A stretch of DNA of 59,393 bases, filler included, from Platydemus manokwari (Eukaryota): assembly GCA_037951405.1 (NCBI GenBank). It is 5 parts of 5 records of this genome, joined end to end, with 100 filler letters (N's around TTAATTAATTAA, not from the genome) between each part and the next. Parts side by side here need not be neighbours in the genome. Positions count along the whole stretch, not along the records: positions 1 to 9,029 come from JBBMOY011311650.1; positions 9,130 to 29,111 come from JBBMOY011678066.1; 3 more parts are not named here. One strand, written 5' to 3'. Positions 1 through 11,803 of this stretch are shown piece after piece. The notes under the pieces are model-generated. The model worked only from the letters and a program-made list of their open reading frames with translations. It was not told where the DNA came from and did not search any database. The position numbers and the translations under genes were made by a program. Position 1 is the stretch's first letter; each line of letters starts with the position of its first letter.

Positions 1-1319
1 ATTATAATTATTAACGCACTATCATACGATTAGCTCAGATATTAATTTATTAATTAATAATTCAACTAAATATTTTAATATCATTTATTTACAGAAGTAG
101 ATAAAGATGATTAATAATGATAATTTACTTACAATCTACTTTTATAAAAATTATTTTTCTTAAGTGTGAAGAATTTTTAAGAATTGATTATGTTGTTATT
201 TTATCTATTTTGAAAATAGCTTAAGTACGTTTGAAGCAATCAAAGATATTGTTAATTTCAATTAGAATTTCAACGTCAAAGTGTAATTGTAAAAAGGTGA
301 GAATTTCCGACGATACCTGTTTTTTAGTTGGATTTTTCTATTTTCGAAACTCGTGCAAGTCCTTAAGCGCTGTGTAATGGCTTTGAAATGCAGTATTGAA
401 GTCAATCAATGATATTTAGAGTTGAACTTATAAGCGAGCCTGGCCTTACATAGTTTTAAAAACAAGTTCCTATTCTAGTCACTCCTATATGATAATTTGA
501 GTTTCTAAATTTAACTTTTTTAAATTATAAATATATTCAGTTAACCACAGACATATTGTTGCTTGTTTTTTATCAAATAATTGTAAAAATTGATAATATT
601 TCTCAATTTGCTTCTGGTGTAAAAAAAGGGTCCTCGTTAATTTTCAATAAATTGCAATTCGACATACCTTGATCTGTTTTTCAAATAATCAATTTTTGGA
701 AGATTTTGAAGCTCTAGTGGATTTAATATTTGATTTCAAACAACTAAAAGTAGTCTGAAGTTCTTAGACAAAAAAATTTGAAATGTATTTAAAGAATATA
801 ATTAAATAAACTATATATAAATTCTTGCAATACACTCAACAAATTAAAAATTTTATTTTAAGCTCCTTTCTCAATAACTGATTTTATGTGTCGATATAAG
901 TTCGCTCATTGAATGTAATTATTTTCTTATTATTTTTTTTACTGTCTTGTAAAATTTATTTCAGCTGTTCTTTTAGTAAAAAATAGAAAAAGATTAATAT
1001 CAACGATTTTATTGGAACGGATGATGTAACATGTTATTATTGTAAAATAAATTGAAATCTAATTTATAAGTCAACCGAAAGACACATAAGTAAAGGAAGC
1101 TCCTAAACCATTTACATTTTACAACATTAAATTAAAGACGATATTACAACCAATATAACATAACTCCATCGATAGTTGTAAATTATTTAGTATCTTTCAT
1201 ATAGTCGTATAGGCTAGTCTTTGACGCCATTTCCACAATCCATGTCGATATTATATTATTCTTATCGAATACATATTTCATTATTAATATTAAGGATTTC
1301 CTTTTTTCTCAAAGAAACT

Positions 1320-1482
1320 TCATTTAGAATGAGGGTGCTGATCAGGTGATAAAAATAGCAACGAAAATATTGGCAATCGTTGATCAAAACCCAATCTGTT
1401 GTTGAGATAATCGGTAGAATCCTTCGTTTCGGTGTTGAGTTGCACCAGATCATCGGAAACAATTTCGGAATCAGAAATGACA
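1320..1482 (-). CDS. Candidate terminal coding exon, possibly of a tristetraprolin/TIS11 (ZFP36-family) gene
   Basis: Pyrimidine-rich acceptor (tgtgttctttcatttgccAG) at 1483+, then an open frame VISDSEIVSDDLVQLNTETKDSTDYLNNRLGFDQRLPIFSLLFLSPDQHPHSK* (TGA at 1320-1322). RLPIFS near the C-terminus resembles the CNOT1-binding motif of ZFP36-family proteins (RLPIFxRxS). No CCCH zinc-finger exon was found in the window. Confidence 0.4.
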
Positions 1483-3003
1483 CTGGCAAATGAAAGAACA
1501 CAGAATGATCTTTGATTAACTTTCATTTTGTAACGTTGGATTTAAAATTATCGAGTTCGATAAAATTAATCTTGTTTTAAATGATAATGAATTAAATGAT
1601 GGTGTTTTAAATTAAGAAAACGTTGATTATGGATTAATGATAATGGATTAGTTTATGATGATGATTAGAATGATTCATATTATAATTTCGTTATTAATAT
1701 TGGAACTGATGTAAATGATAATTTGGATATTGATTGCTGTTATTTATAAATATTTAATATCGATCTTATAATTGATATTAATATTGTTATGCATTAATAA
1801 TACTATTATTCTATTTTAAAAAAATGTAATATTCTGTACAGCGTTTGTTATAATTAATGATATTTTTGATCAACTGGTTTCGTCCTCGGGATTCTATTAA
1901 ACTGTAGGAATTGCTCAAAAATATAATTTCAAAAATCATGCCCAGAATGAATTCAATTCAATAATTATATCAATAATGGTTTGGAATTATCTACAATTTT
2001 AGCTTAATTTTTATTGTGATAGAATGTTGTTAATAATTATTTTCTGACTGCTAATATATAGCTAAGAATTTAAATCGAACATCTAGTAAAAACCATACCC
2101 TTGTAATCGGCTTACAAGCTATAAACGTTGGAATTAATCATCGCTAGTACTACATTTAATAAAACGTTGAACCAGAATTTGTCTTTGATTAAATTTAGAA
2201 GCTCACCCGCCATTAGCAAATGAATTCAAAATAGAAATGATACTTCTATCATAAGAATAAAACATAATCGGAATGAAATATTGGTTATGCCTTAAATAAT
2301 AATAATAGTAATAATAAAAAGCACATTTTATAGCTCGATTGAAATTAACAAGTGGTAACTAAAATGGCGGTTCAGTTTTTAATACAACTCTATTTGTTCT
2401 CGAAATAAAAATCTATAGATTTCGAATTTCATCTGTAAAAATCACAAAAGAAAACCAATGAATCAGTAAAAACGCCCATTACTATTTAGTTTTTGATTCA
2501 AAAGAAATCAGCCCCTTATTAATTAGTTATTGGTTCGATAGAAATTAACCCATTAATAATTGTTGAGCACAATATTATTAGTTTAACCTACTATTAATTT
2601 TACAAACCAACTTACGGTTTATACAATTGAAACACATTTGACAACCACAATAAAAATCTATCTACGTGGAACTATTTACTAAGGAATTGATGCCTTAAGA
2701 ATATATAATAATAATAACCTTCTGAAGTTTGGAAACCACTAATAAAAACTAAACACTATTAACGTCTCTTAATACATTTTGAGTAACGGTAATTGATTAT
2801 ATTTTCACATAACTAACTTTATGTCATTCTTGCGGATTGTCTGGATATTTTTAAGCTTTTATTTACTATAAAATACCTTTTAATATTTCGTGTTGTATAC
2901 TTTATTATTTCTAAAACTTAATTCGGCGTTTATAAGCAGTTTTTTTTAACGTCTCAACAATCATTTGGCGCTGTGATTAGTTATCAAGGTATTAGTTTTT
3001 CTT

Positions 3004-4100
3004 CTAAAACTGTCGTTCGCAGTAATACTCGAAAGTGGATGCACCTAGTCGACATTCTTGAACTATTGATCTAAAAAAGTCGTTTTCTTGGTAAATATAA
3101 TATGTATCTGGTTCACTCTGTTGTAAATGGTGTTCTTGTAGATAAAATATACGAGGGAGTATATATTCTCCTTCTATCGTAGGCTTTGAATAATGAGGCT
3201 CATGAATAAAATATTTTAAATAAAGCACTCATTTTGCATTCTGAACTATCTGTAGTGATTTCTTCATCCAGTTGAGGCTTTTGTTGTGTCTGGTTTAGTC
3301 TTGTTCATCTACGTTTTCTATTTATCTTGTGTTCCAGTTATCCTTTACAAGCCTGTGTGAATTGATGTATCAGATCCTTGAAATGCGTAATCTCGATACG
3401 TAGAGATAACTATTTGTTGTAATAGCAAGCTATAGCTAATTTAGTTGTTTAGTTTTAAAACTTTCTTAAGTTAATTTGCTTCTCCTTGATTTAATACTTC
3501 TCTGATATTGAGTAGGAATCGTTTAAATGACCTCACGATATTTTAATATCATCCAGTGTCTTTATTACATAGCAGAATGTTGGCGAATTCATCTCCATAT
3601 TCTAGGATTAATAGCATGGATCAGTATTTAATTATTTTGACTTATTCTGGTTTTCTTCTTCTAGTCTTTCAACTGGTGATTGGGCTTTTTCTAAACTTGT
3701 TGGTCCATCCTTTATTCGTTTATTAAATATTTTCCAACTTTTTGTCCTAGTGCAGGTGGTATATTTCCAAATTGCCTATAGATTATTCACCCTCTGGCCT
3801 CTGAACCAATTCGGCAGGTAAATTGAACACTTCTGTGCGTATGTTTTATATGATTTGTTGTAATTCCTCCAGGTTCACATAGATATCGATAGGTACTTGC
3901 ACTGATTGCTAGTCTAAGTCCTGCTTGATGACAATTATTTTCAGGTTTGAGTACCTTTGATCTTTTCAATGGCTACATATTGGCACCTCAATTATTTGAC
4001 TGTTGTAATGTACCATGATAAGTTTCTCACATCAACTAGATACTCGCCATCGTCAACGAGATTTTCGCAAATTTTATGGCAATATTTCCGGTATCGGTTT
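3004..4100 (-). mobile_element. Heavily decayed coding relic, tentatively env/F-like glycoprotein of an LTR element
   Basis: Minus strand is purine/A-rich with stop- and frameshift-broken peptides: VQVPIDIYVNLEELQQII, KTRRRK, FKDLIHQFTQACKG*LEHKI, and the 74-aa ORF ending ECRLGASTFEYYC. The family assignment rests on pattern resemblance only. Confidence 0.25.
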
Positions 4101-6817
4101 TTATATTTTTAGCACGACCCTAAGCGTGTGACTTGTGTATAGATAGATTGCTGAACTGTACAACTTCCAAACTCCTATGTACATATATGTAATCGGATCG
4201 ATAGTTTCGTTTGAGTACTATGTAGGGGTGGATGCATATTTTCTGTACAAATAATTGTAGTTGAGTTAGGTACATAATTTGCTAGACTAACTTTGATAAT
4301 AGTAGTGGTAATACATTTTTAAAAATTTATGTAGGCTGAGTTACGTAAGTTAACTCTCCTATCCTCCTGTGTTGGGTTTCTGTTGTTCAAAGGCTGTCAA
4401 TAAATTAAACAGCACGGGTTAGAGGTAATTAATTTGTGTATGCATTTATTAGTTGATAAACAGAAAACAAGCACAAATTTAATTTTATTGAATTTTTATT
4501 AAATATCAAATTGCAAATTAATTTCTTTTTTAAAATTTAAAATTATCAACGTGACTGTAATTCAACATCTGAAATTCTTAATAAACTAATTTTAATTCTA
4601 AATCAATTTTCTTATTCTGATTTATTTTATTTCACTCATTTTCTATCAATAATGATTTAAATTTTTACATATAAGTATATTTTACGATAATATATAATGA
4701 TCAATAGCTTTGAAAAACTTCAATTATATATAATTTATTATACAAAGTAATAATTTTGGGAATAAATTCCAGACATTGAATTCAAGAAAATATATATTCT
4801 TTTCAAGCAAAAATAAAATTGATAATAATAAATCCTGAGAGCACAAACAAGGAATTGAGATTAATATTAATGAAAAGTAATTTTGAATGCCTGACTTCTG
4901 CAAGGATTTAGGCAAATATCAGCTCTTAAAATAAAGCAAAAATCACACAATAAATAAATACCATATATGTGTTTGGTTTAAAAATGTTAAATAAAATTCA
5001 GTTTCATGAATTTGGAGATGTATTAGATTTTTAATTTTAGAGGTAAAACTAATAATAATAAATAAATTCATAACTGAATTATGTTATGAATGATTAAATA
5101 ATTATGAAATCATAATTATTAAAATTTACTAAATCATGAGAATGAATCAAAAGCTGTCAACAATATTTAGGCAAAGAAATTGAAAGAAATTCCAAGTCGT
5201 AATTATAGATCTAAGATTAACAAGATATCAAGTTGATAAAAATTTGTAAAAAGTCACTAATGAGTAGAAATATATCAATCAAGTTTATTTAAATAAATTG
5301 GCATTGCGACTAACATGATTTTTGCCATTGTATTTTTAAATTTTGTAATTATCAATTTCTAAATATAGTTCATTAAAAATTTCAATATACAATCAGTAAA
5401 AATGGAGTCAGAATAAATTTACTATGTTAAATTTAAATTAAGATATTAACCTGCTGATAAACATTCATAAAAAAACTTCCATTTAAATATTGTTGTAGAA
5501 AATATCTCTTAACTGCAAAATTTTGTTTAAATAAACGTTAAATTATAACCTTGAAAATATTAAATTTAAAAATTGATAATTATATTCATTACCGATGTAA
5601 TAAAGTAAAATAAGAGTTGCACAAATTTGGAACACAAGTTGGGAATTTATGTTAATGCTAACTATTTGATTATTCAGGTTTGTAATTGAAATCGATTCTA
5701 CTAATGGGTATTATTTATAGATATTAGTTAAGATACGATTATCCATAAACATAATTCTGTAAAGCTGGCCTATAAGAAAAAATAATAAAAAAGTCGATAT
5801 TACAAATAAAAATATAGCATTGAAGAATATTTGACTGAATAAAATATTGCTAGCTGCAATGTTGAATGCATTTTTTACCGATTGAATCTTATTTGATTGT
5901 GCGTGAGAACTAAAATCGATACTGTAATGTCTTGATATTATGTTTTTCCATTATTGATCTTTTCTATCCAAGCAATGTTGACAATTTTGAATTGATATTA
6001 AGTTGTAATTTGGTTATGATCTAATAAATTAATGATTTGATTTATTATTATTTGATATATGAATGATGATTTATTTGGATGGTACTGAGAAATATCGTTT
6101 TGTTATCCTGTATATTCTTATCGCTGATTCCCGTTGATGAACTCGCTATTTATTTGAATATTAATTAGGATTTGTTTATGAAGTGGTGACCTACAAATAT
6201 AAATTAACCTTGGTCCAGTTATCTGATGCATAACAAAGTCAAATCACTCTTATTATATCATTGAGTGCTGTGTGATATCGGATTTGACAGTCTAATAGGA
6301 ACAAGTAATATATTGATCTGGATAAATAAATATCATTAAGAACTGCTAGCATTAAAGAATGCCATTTATTAGAGCCCGATAACACCGAATGAAAATTTGA
6401 GAAAACTGCAGTGTTAATTGGTATTAAGGTTACTAAGATCGATTATATATTTGACATTCGTGATTATAGGACATTAAAATGTTAAGGAAATTATTTACCA
6501 TCGAAGTATTATTGGAACCAAAATAGAATAATAATAAATACAATAATTATATTAATTAATCGCCCACACATTAATAATAAAAATAATAATATTAATTAAT
6601 CGCATCACCATGGTAATATTTATAATAATATTAATTAATCGCATCACCATGTTAACATTAAATAAAATTTTCCCAAAATTAATCAGTAACTCCCACATAC
6701 GCCCACGGGGAGAGAAGATTATATATAAGTGGACGACGAAGGAAATTGACCAACAATTTTCGATTAATCAGATTGCTTTAATCAGCAGATAACAATTCAT
6801 CAACTGACGAAGACATC

Positions 6818-6920
6818 GGAGTTATTTTCATGCAGCTATCCTCCACATTCACATCAGAAATTGGAATTATTTTTGCGCAGCTACCATCCACATCCACACC
6901 AGAAATTGGAACTATTTCTC
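6818..6920. repeat. 45-bp tandem repeat, about 2.3 copies
   Basis: Units start at 6818, 6863 and 6908: ggagttattttcatgcagctatcctccacattcacatcagaaatt / ggaattatttttgcgcagctaccatccacatccacaccagaaatt / ggaactatttc. Confidence 0.85.
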
Positions 6921-7894
6921 GGGATCAGGAAAAAGGTAGAAGAACAACTGAAGTCATCACCGACATCACTCGGATCTCTCGGAATTGTTACGAAACATTA
7001 GAATAAAACCATACAGATATTGACATTAATAATGCACTCGGTAAATTTTCATAATTTTCTTCTGGGTAGAGTACAAAGTAGTAAGAGTCTGTACTGATCC
7101 TCATTTACAAATTAATGATACAAATGTGAAAGCATTTGTATCGCGTCAACACTACGCTGTAAAGCCGCAAGGGTTTGCAGACGTTGAACTTATAAAACTA
7201 AAATCGCATATCCTTTAGTTTCTCATCCGAAGTAAGGCGGTACTTAGTTCCTTACGTCGGTTTGTTTTAAAACTCTTCAGAGCACGACACTCCCATCTGC
7301 CAAACTTATCTCTTGTTAATATTTAGTATAATATACGTATTGAGTTATCATCCTGTTATTGATTCTATCATTATTATAGCTATTATTATTACACCTGAAT
7401 TATTACACGCAACCTAATTACTTATTAAAGTCGGATTATTTGTGGAATCATCATTATTGCAGTTCTAATCATCATTTGAATAGTGTACAGATAATTCATC
7501 GAGTTTTACTAGTTGAATTACCTCTTATAACTACTCACCAGACACTATTTAGCGCAGGCTAGTAGGATTCCATCAATATTACTAGTAATTAGATATTCAC
7601 AATTTTTTTGTGTTTCACAACCGTGTATTTCTTAGACCATTTGGTAATACAAAACTCATTGTATTTATCACCACTTTTTAACATAAGCCAATACACAAAA
7701 CAGTGAATCTCCAAACTAAAAAGCAATACACCCATAATTTCAGCAAAATGTCTTCGAGAAATCGGGCTACAACATATGAATTGAAATTAATGCCTATCTC
7801 TAATTGCATTTTGCCATGACTTATGTGTAATCATATTGCAAACAAAATGTGATTGATTTGATTCATTCTCTCTTTTCCGAACAATAGCAGTTCG

Positions 7895-8480
7895 GAATCT
7901 TGATTTTATACGTGATCGATCCTTGAAATGGTACATCAATTATCAGGACGATGAATCTCATATTGCGTCTGTTTGGCGTCCAATTGTTTTGATGGATACT
8001 GTATATAGGATATTTGCTTCGGTCTTGAACAATGGACTCCTCCAATGGATTGAGAGAGGACTGCTCATTTCTCCATTTCAAAAAGATCTTCTAGTTGAGG
8101 ATGATTGTGCAGAGCACAACTTATATATTAATAGTATTAAAGAAAGATACAGTCTTAATCACAATACTTCACATGTGTGCTGGTTGAACTCAAGGGAAGC
8201 TTTTCTAAGTATATCTCATGATTTGATCTGGTATGCATTGTTATACAACTACTTGCATTTGTATTAATATTTATACTAATCCAATTATTTTAATCAAAGG
8301 AGGCAAGCAGGGAGATCCTTTGTCAATGACTTTATTCCGCCTGGTTATTGATTTTATATTGAAAGACATATTTGCATATACTGATGATATTGTTCTAGTT
8401 GCAAACTCTGACGAAAATATATTTCGGCTTCTCTCAAGTATGATGGAACTAGCGACGAAGGCCCACCTTCCTTTTAACTC
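7895..8480 (+). mobile_element. Degenerate non-LTR retrotransposon reverse transcriptase, RLE-type (R2/NeSL/Utopia-like)
   Basis: ORFs 7923-8267 and 8233-8559 carry RT motifs WRPIVLMDTVYRIF, ISPFQK, CAEH, CWLNSREAFLSISHDLIW (cf. WLDLxxAFGSVxH), KGGKQGDPLSMTLF and AYTDDIVLVA (YADD box). Frameshifted and internally deleted. Confidence 0.88.
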
Positions 8481-8934
8481 TTTTTCGTATTCTTTTTGGT
8501 TCAAGTTCCTGCCGTTCTGTCTGAAAATTCTCATGTGTTTTTTATATAATAATAAATGATAATCATTAAAACAAAATTAATTAATAGATCACTAAAATTT
8601 GTACCGGTTGTGATGATTTTAAAATTTAAAAGATTTAATTTTGTGTCCTGAATTTTCAGTTCGATTTCAAGGCGTTCTTTATTAAATAGTATCGGCCAAC
8701 ACTGGCCGAGCAGATACTTTTATTCAATGTCTTCGGACAAAATCGAAGAATTGTTTGTATTACTTTTATTTCCTTATATTCGAGAAATATATGGGATGAT
8801 CTCTAGATTTGTAAAATAAAACTTTGTTTCTTTAGAATCTGATTAGGGTTTTCATGTTTTGATTGTTTCTCGATTCACGAGTTTACAATTAGTTCATAAA
8901 TCATGGAAAAATTATTATTATATATTTAAAAGTT

Positions 8935-9133
8935 TAATAATAATAATAATCATAGAAATAATAATAATAATGATAATAATAACAATAATAATAATAGTAA
9001 TAGTAATATTAATAATAATAATATTAATANNNNNNNNNNNNNNNNNNNNNNNNNNNNNNNNNNNNNNNNNNNNTTAATTAATTAANNNNNNNNNNNNNNN
9101 NNNNNNNNNNNNNNNNNNNNNNNNNNNNNTAAC

Positions 9134-9195
<62 letters not shown>
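8935..9195. repeat. (AAT)n microsatellite on both sides of an assembly gap
   Basis: Imperfect AAT run at 8935-9029 and near-perfect run at 9130-9195. Confidence 0.9.
9030..9129. other. Assembly gap with artificial six-frame-stop linker
   Basis: 44 N + TTAATTAATTAA + 44 N, identical in all four gaps. Confidence 0.97.
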
Positions 9196-9197
<2 letters not shown>

Positions 9198-11803
9198 TTT
9201 GAGATCTCCTTTAACTATCTGCTTCCAAATCAGTTATTCTGTAGATATATTAAATACTAACTGATCCATTACATGCAAAATAATTATAAAAATAATTCAT
9301 GTGATAAATTGTAATATATTCATGATATGGACCGTTATTCACATGACACCGCAACAAGCAGTTAAAATAGGTGATTCCGAATATTTTTGGTTTGCAAATC
9401 TAATTAGATTGGACTATTATTGAAGAATTCTAAAACTTAGAATAATATTATAATACGAATCGTTATGTTTCCTTCACAATAGCTAAACGAGACAATTATT
9501 CAAAACGGAACGTATGATAATCGATATCTGACAAAATGATAGACTCTGCTTAGCATTTATTGATAGAATATCTTTGAAATGTTTTGTTCTTAATTTGTCT
9601 TTCTATAAAATGAGAAAAACAGAAAACAATGGTTATGAAAATCGATATTGTTATAAAGCTTTTGACAATGATCTATCACTTTTCGCCAGTTGATATTCGA
9701 ATAAATTACTAGATAAACTTCTAAGCTATGGTTCTTATTGGATATTAAATGATACCAATCGATGGGAATGGTTAAAAATTGAAGTGGTCTATGTGCTTCA
9801 AACGTATTTGTTGAAATCCATAAATTGACTGTTTTCGGCGTTGGTGATCATTGACTATGAAATATAATGTGAGAGAATTTTTGGCCAACGAAAGAGATTT
9901 TTATCATTCACATCATCAAGTCTTGATCGAATTACTTTCTTATAAACTCTGTTATCTCATCTTGAGAGATAACAAAACATTTTTTCGATACATTTCTACT
10001 TATCGAGAAAAAATTTAAGGTTGTTAAATAAATAAAAAGTTGATACAAATTGAAATATTTAAAATAAATCAATAAATTTTGACACAAAGCAATAATTTGA
10101 GTGTGATTTTCATATTAATATTTTTCATACATTAATACCTTAAAATCCCTGTTTCATTATTTTGCATAGCTACATACCTACAAGGTCATACACTCAAGAT
10201 AATCATACACCAATCCTAACCAACATACTTAATGACACTTAATTGGAATCCTGAAAATCAGAACATCGAATGGAAACTGAACACATGCAACATGCAAAAA
10301 ATTTTTGGCTCTAAATTTTATGGTAAATTCGACTTACTATCGATTGAGCTGATGAGAGTGAGATGTTTTTTTTGCTGGTTTATGTGAGTGGTTTGATTCA
10401 ATACAAGGATGGTTAAACAAAATCTACTTTACCCTTTTACAGTTTCTATGGACAACAGCAATTAATAAGAATGAATAAGCCAAAAATTCCAAAAAGATTA
10501 TTTCTTCTAATTGGTCTACAATGCTCCTTGTCATCTTGATACTATTTATAGCTACAAACTAGTTCAATACTTAACGATTGCAAGCATTTCCAAACAATTC
10601 AAAAGAACCTTTCATGATTACAAATAAAACCCATCAATAAATATTTAAATGAAGACCATCTCTCAGCTTCGTTAAAAAAAGAGAAATATGATAAACAAAA
10701 TGAATTCTTGTTTTTTGGCAACATTTAAATTAAATGGTCATCTTATGGGTATAATTTAATGGTACTTTATCAAGATTAAATCGATATTATTTTGATGAAC
10801 AGTAAATTTACAAACACAAATGAAATATTAAGAAGAATTATTTTTACATTTTTTTTCAATTTTAATTATCTTTTTATAAATATCTGATAAATAAATATTA
10901 ACTACGAATGTTTTGTGACCTGGCCATCGTGTTTTTTTGTCATTTCAATGGGAACTTTAAAGAAGAAATATTTATCTCAAAATTCTGTTGAATACGATAG
11001 AACACTGTAAAGTAAATCTCTTTTCCGTTTTATCTATAAAGGGGTACTGTGCTCCCCTCCAGATATTCCTTTGATCTGTTTAGATTATCATTATAAATCC
11101 TATTATTACAGAAAATATTCACGAATAAAATATCCAGATCCCTCGGTGAACCCTTCAAATATTATATATGTTTAAGCAAAACTACATGAACAATGTGACC
11201 TTGCAAATTTCGACTGCTGAAAATTTTTCGTCTTGATCTGTCTATAAATATTTCCATGCATTATTTTCACACAACATTGTTGATTTTATCTATTATTCAA
11301 ATGCCGTAACGATAACTCTTTTGTTATGTGCTTCTAGAATTCTAGAACAATTTCCTTACATAATTTGTTTTCCTAGGACAATTTTCTATGATGAAACAAA
11401 TATTTCAAAAATATTAAAACCAAACAGAAAGAGAAATCTCCTAAAGAAACGGCACAGAACTCCTCAAATTTAACAAGCTTATTCTAAACTATAAAAATAT
11501 TTTATAGCTTAATTTAGATCATTTTGCTTATTGCAACACCCTTTTGTATGCTTCTGAAATTGGTTTTAATGTCTACCAGTCCAATATGCTAGTGTGTATA
11601 ATAGACTTTTTATTGATGTCAAAATCAGATAAATCAATGACTATTATTTTGATCGATATTTGTTGAAACCATTTACCAACATTTTTGGCATTAATTTATG
11701 ATATAAAATATTTTTTTTAATATGAATCTTTATTTTTCTCCTTGTTTTGGTTTTATTTATAGAAAATTTTATTATCGATTTTCTTATCAATATTTTCATT
11801 CAG

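Noticed and set aside
6804-6830. CTGACGA hammerhead-like core (and other CTGATGA sites)
   Set aside because: No stem II followed by GAAA, and no closing stems could be drawn.
6818-6920. CRISPR-like appearance of periodic repeats
   Set aside because: Contiguous tandem units without unique spacers, in a eukaryotic context with no cas genes.
8859-9077. Ile-rich 72-aa ORF
   Set aside because: Translation of an AAT microsatellite running into a gap.
9074-9085. TTAATTAATTAA recurring between N runs (also at 29156, 40990, 49962)
   Set aside because: Identical 44N-12-44N layout each time. It is an artificial six-frame-stop scaffolding linker, not biology.
10948-11011. Possible PHACTR first exon (MGTLKKKY...) that would fit in phase if TAA were a sense codon, together with both complete 3' ends using TGA, suggesting stop-codon reassignment
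   Set aside because: About 900 confidently reconstructed codons contain no in-frame TAA or TAG, which argues for the standard code. The fit is probably coincidental.
11377-11473. ISKILKPNRKR resembling the PHACTR N-terminal IFKPWKWRKK
   Set aside because: It runs into TAA with no phase-compatible donor and lacks both tryptophans.
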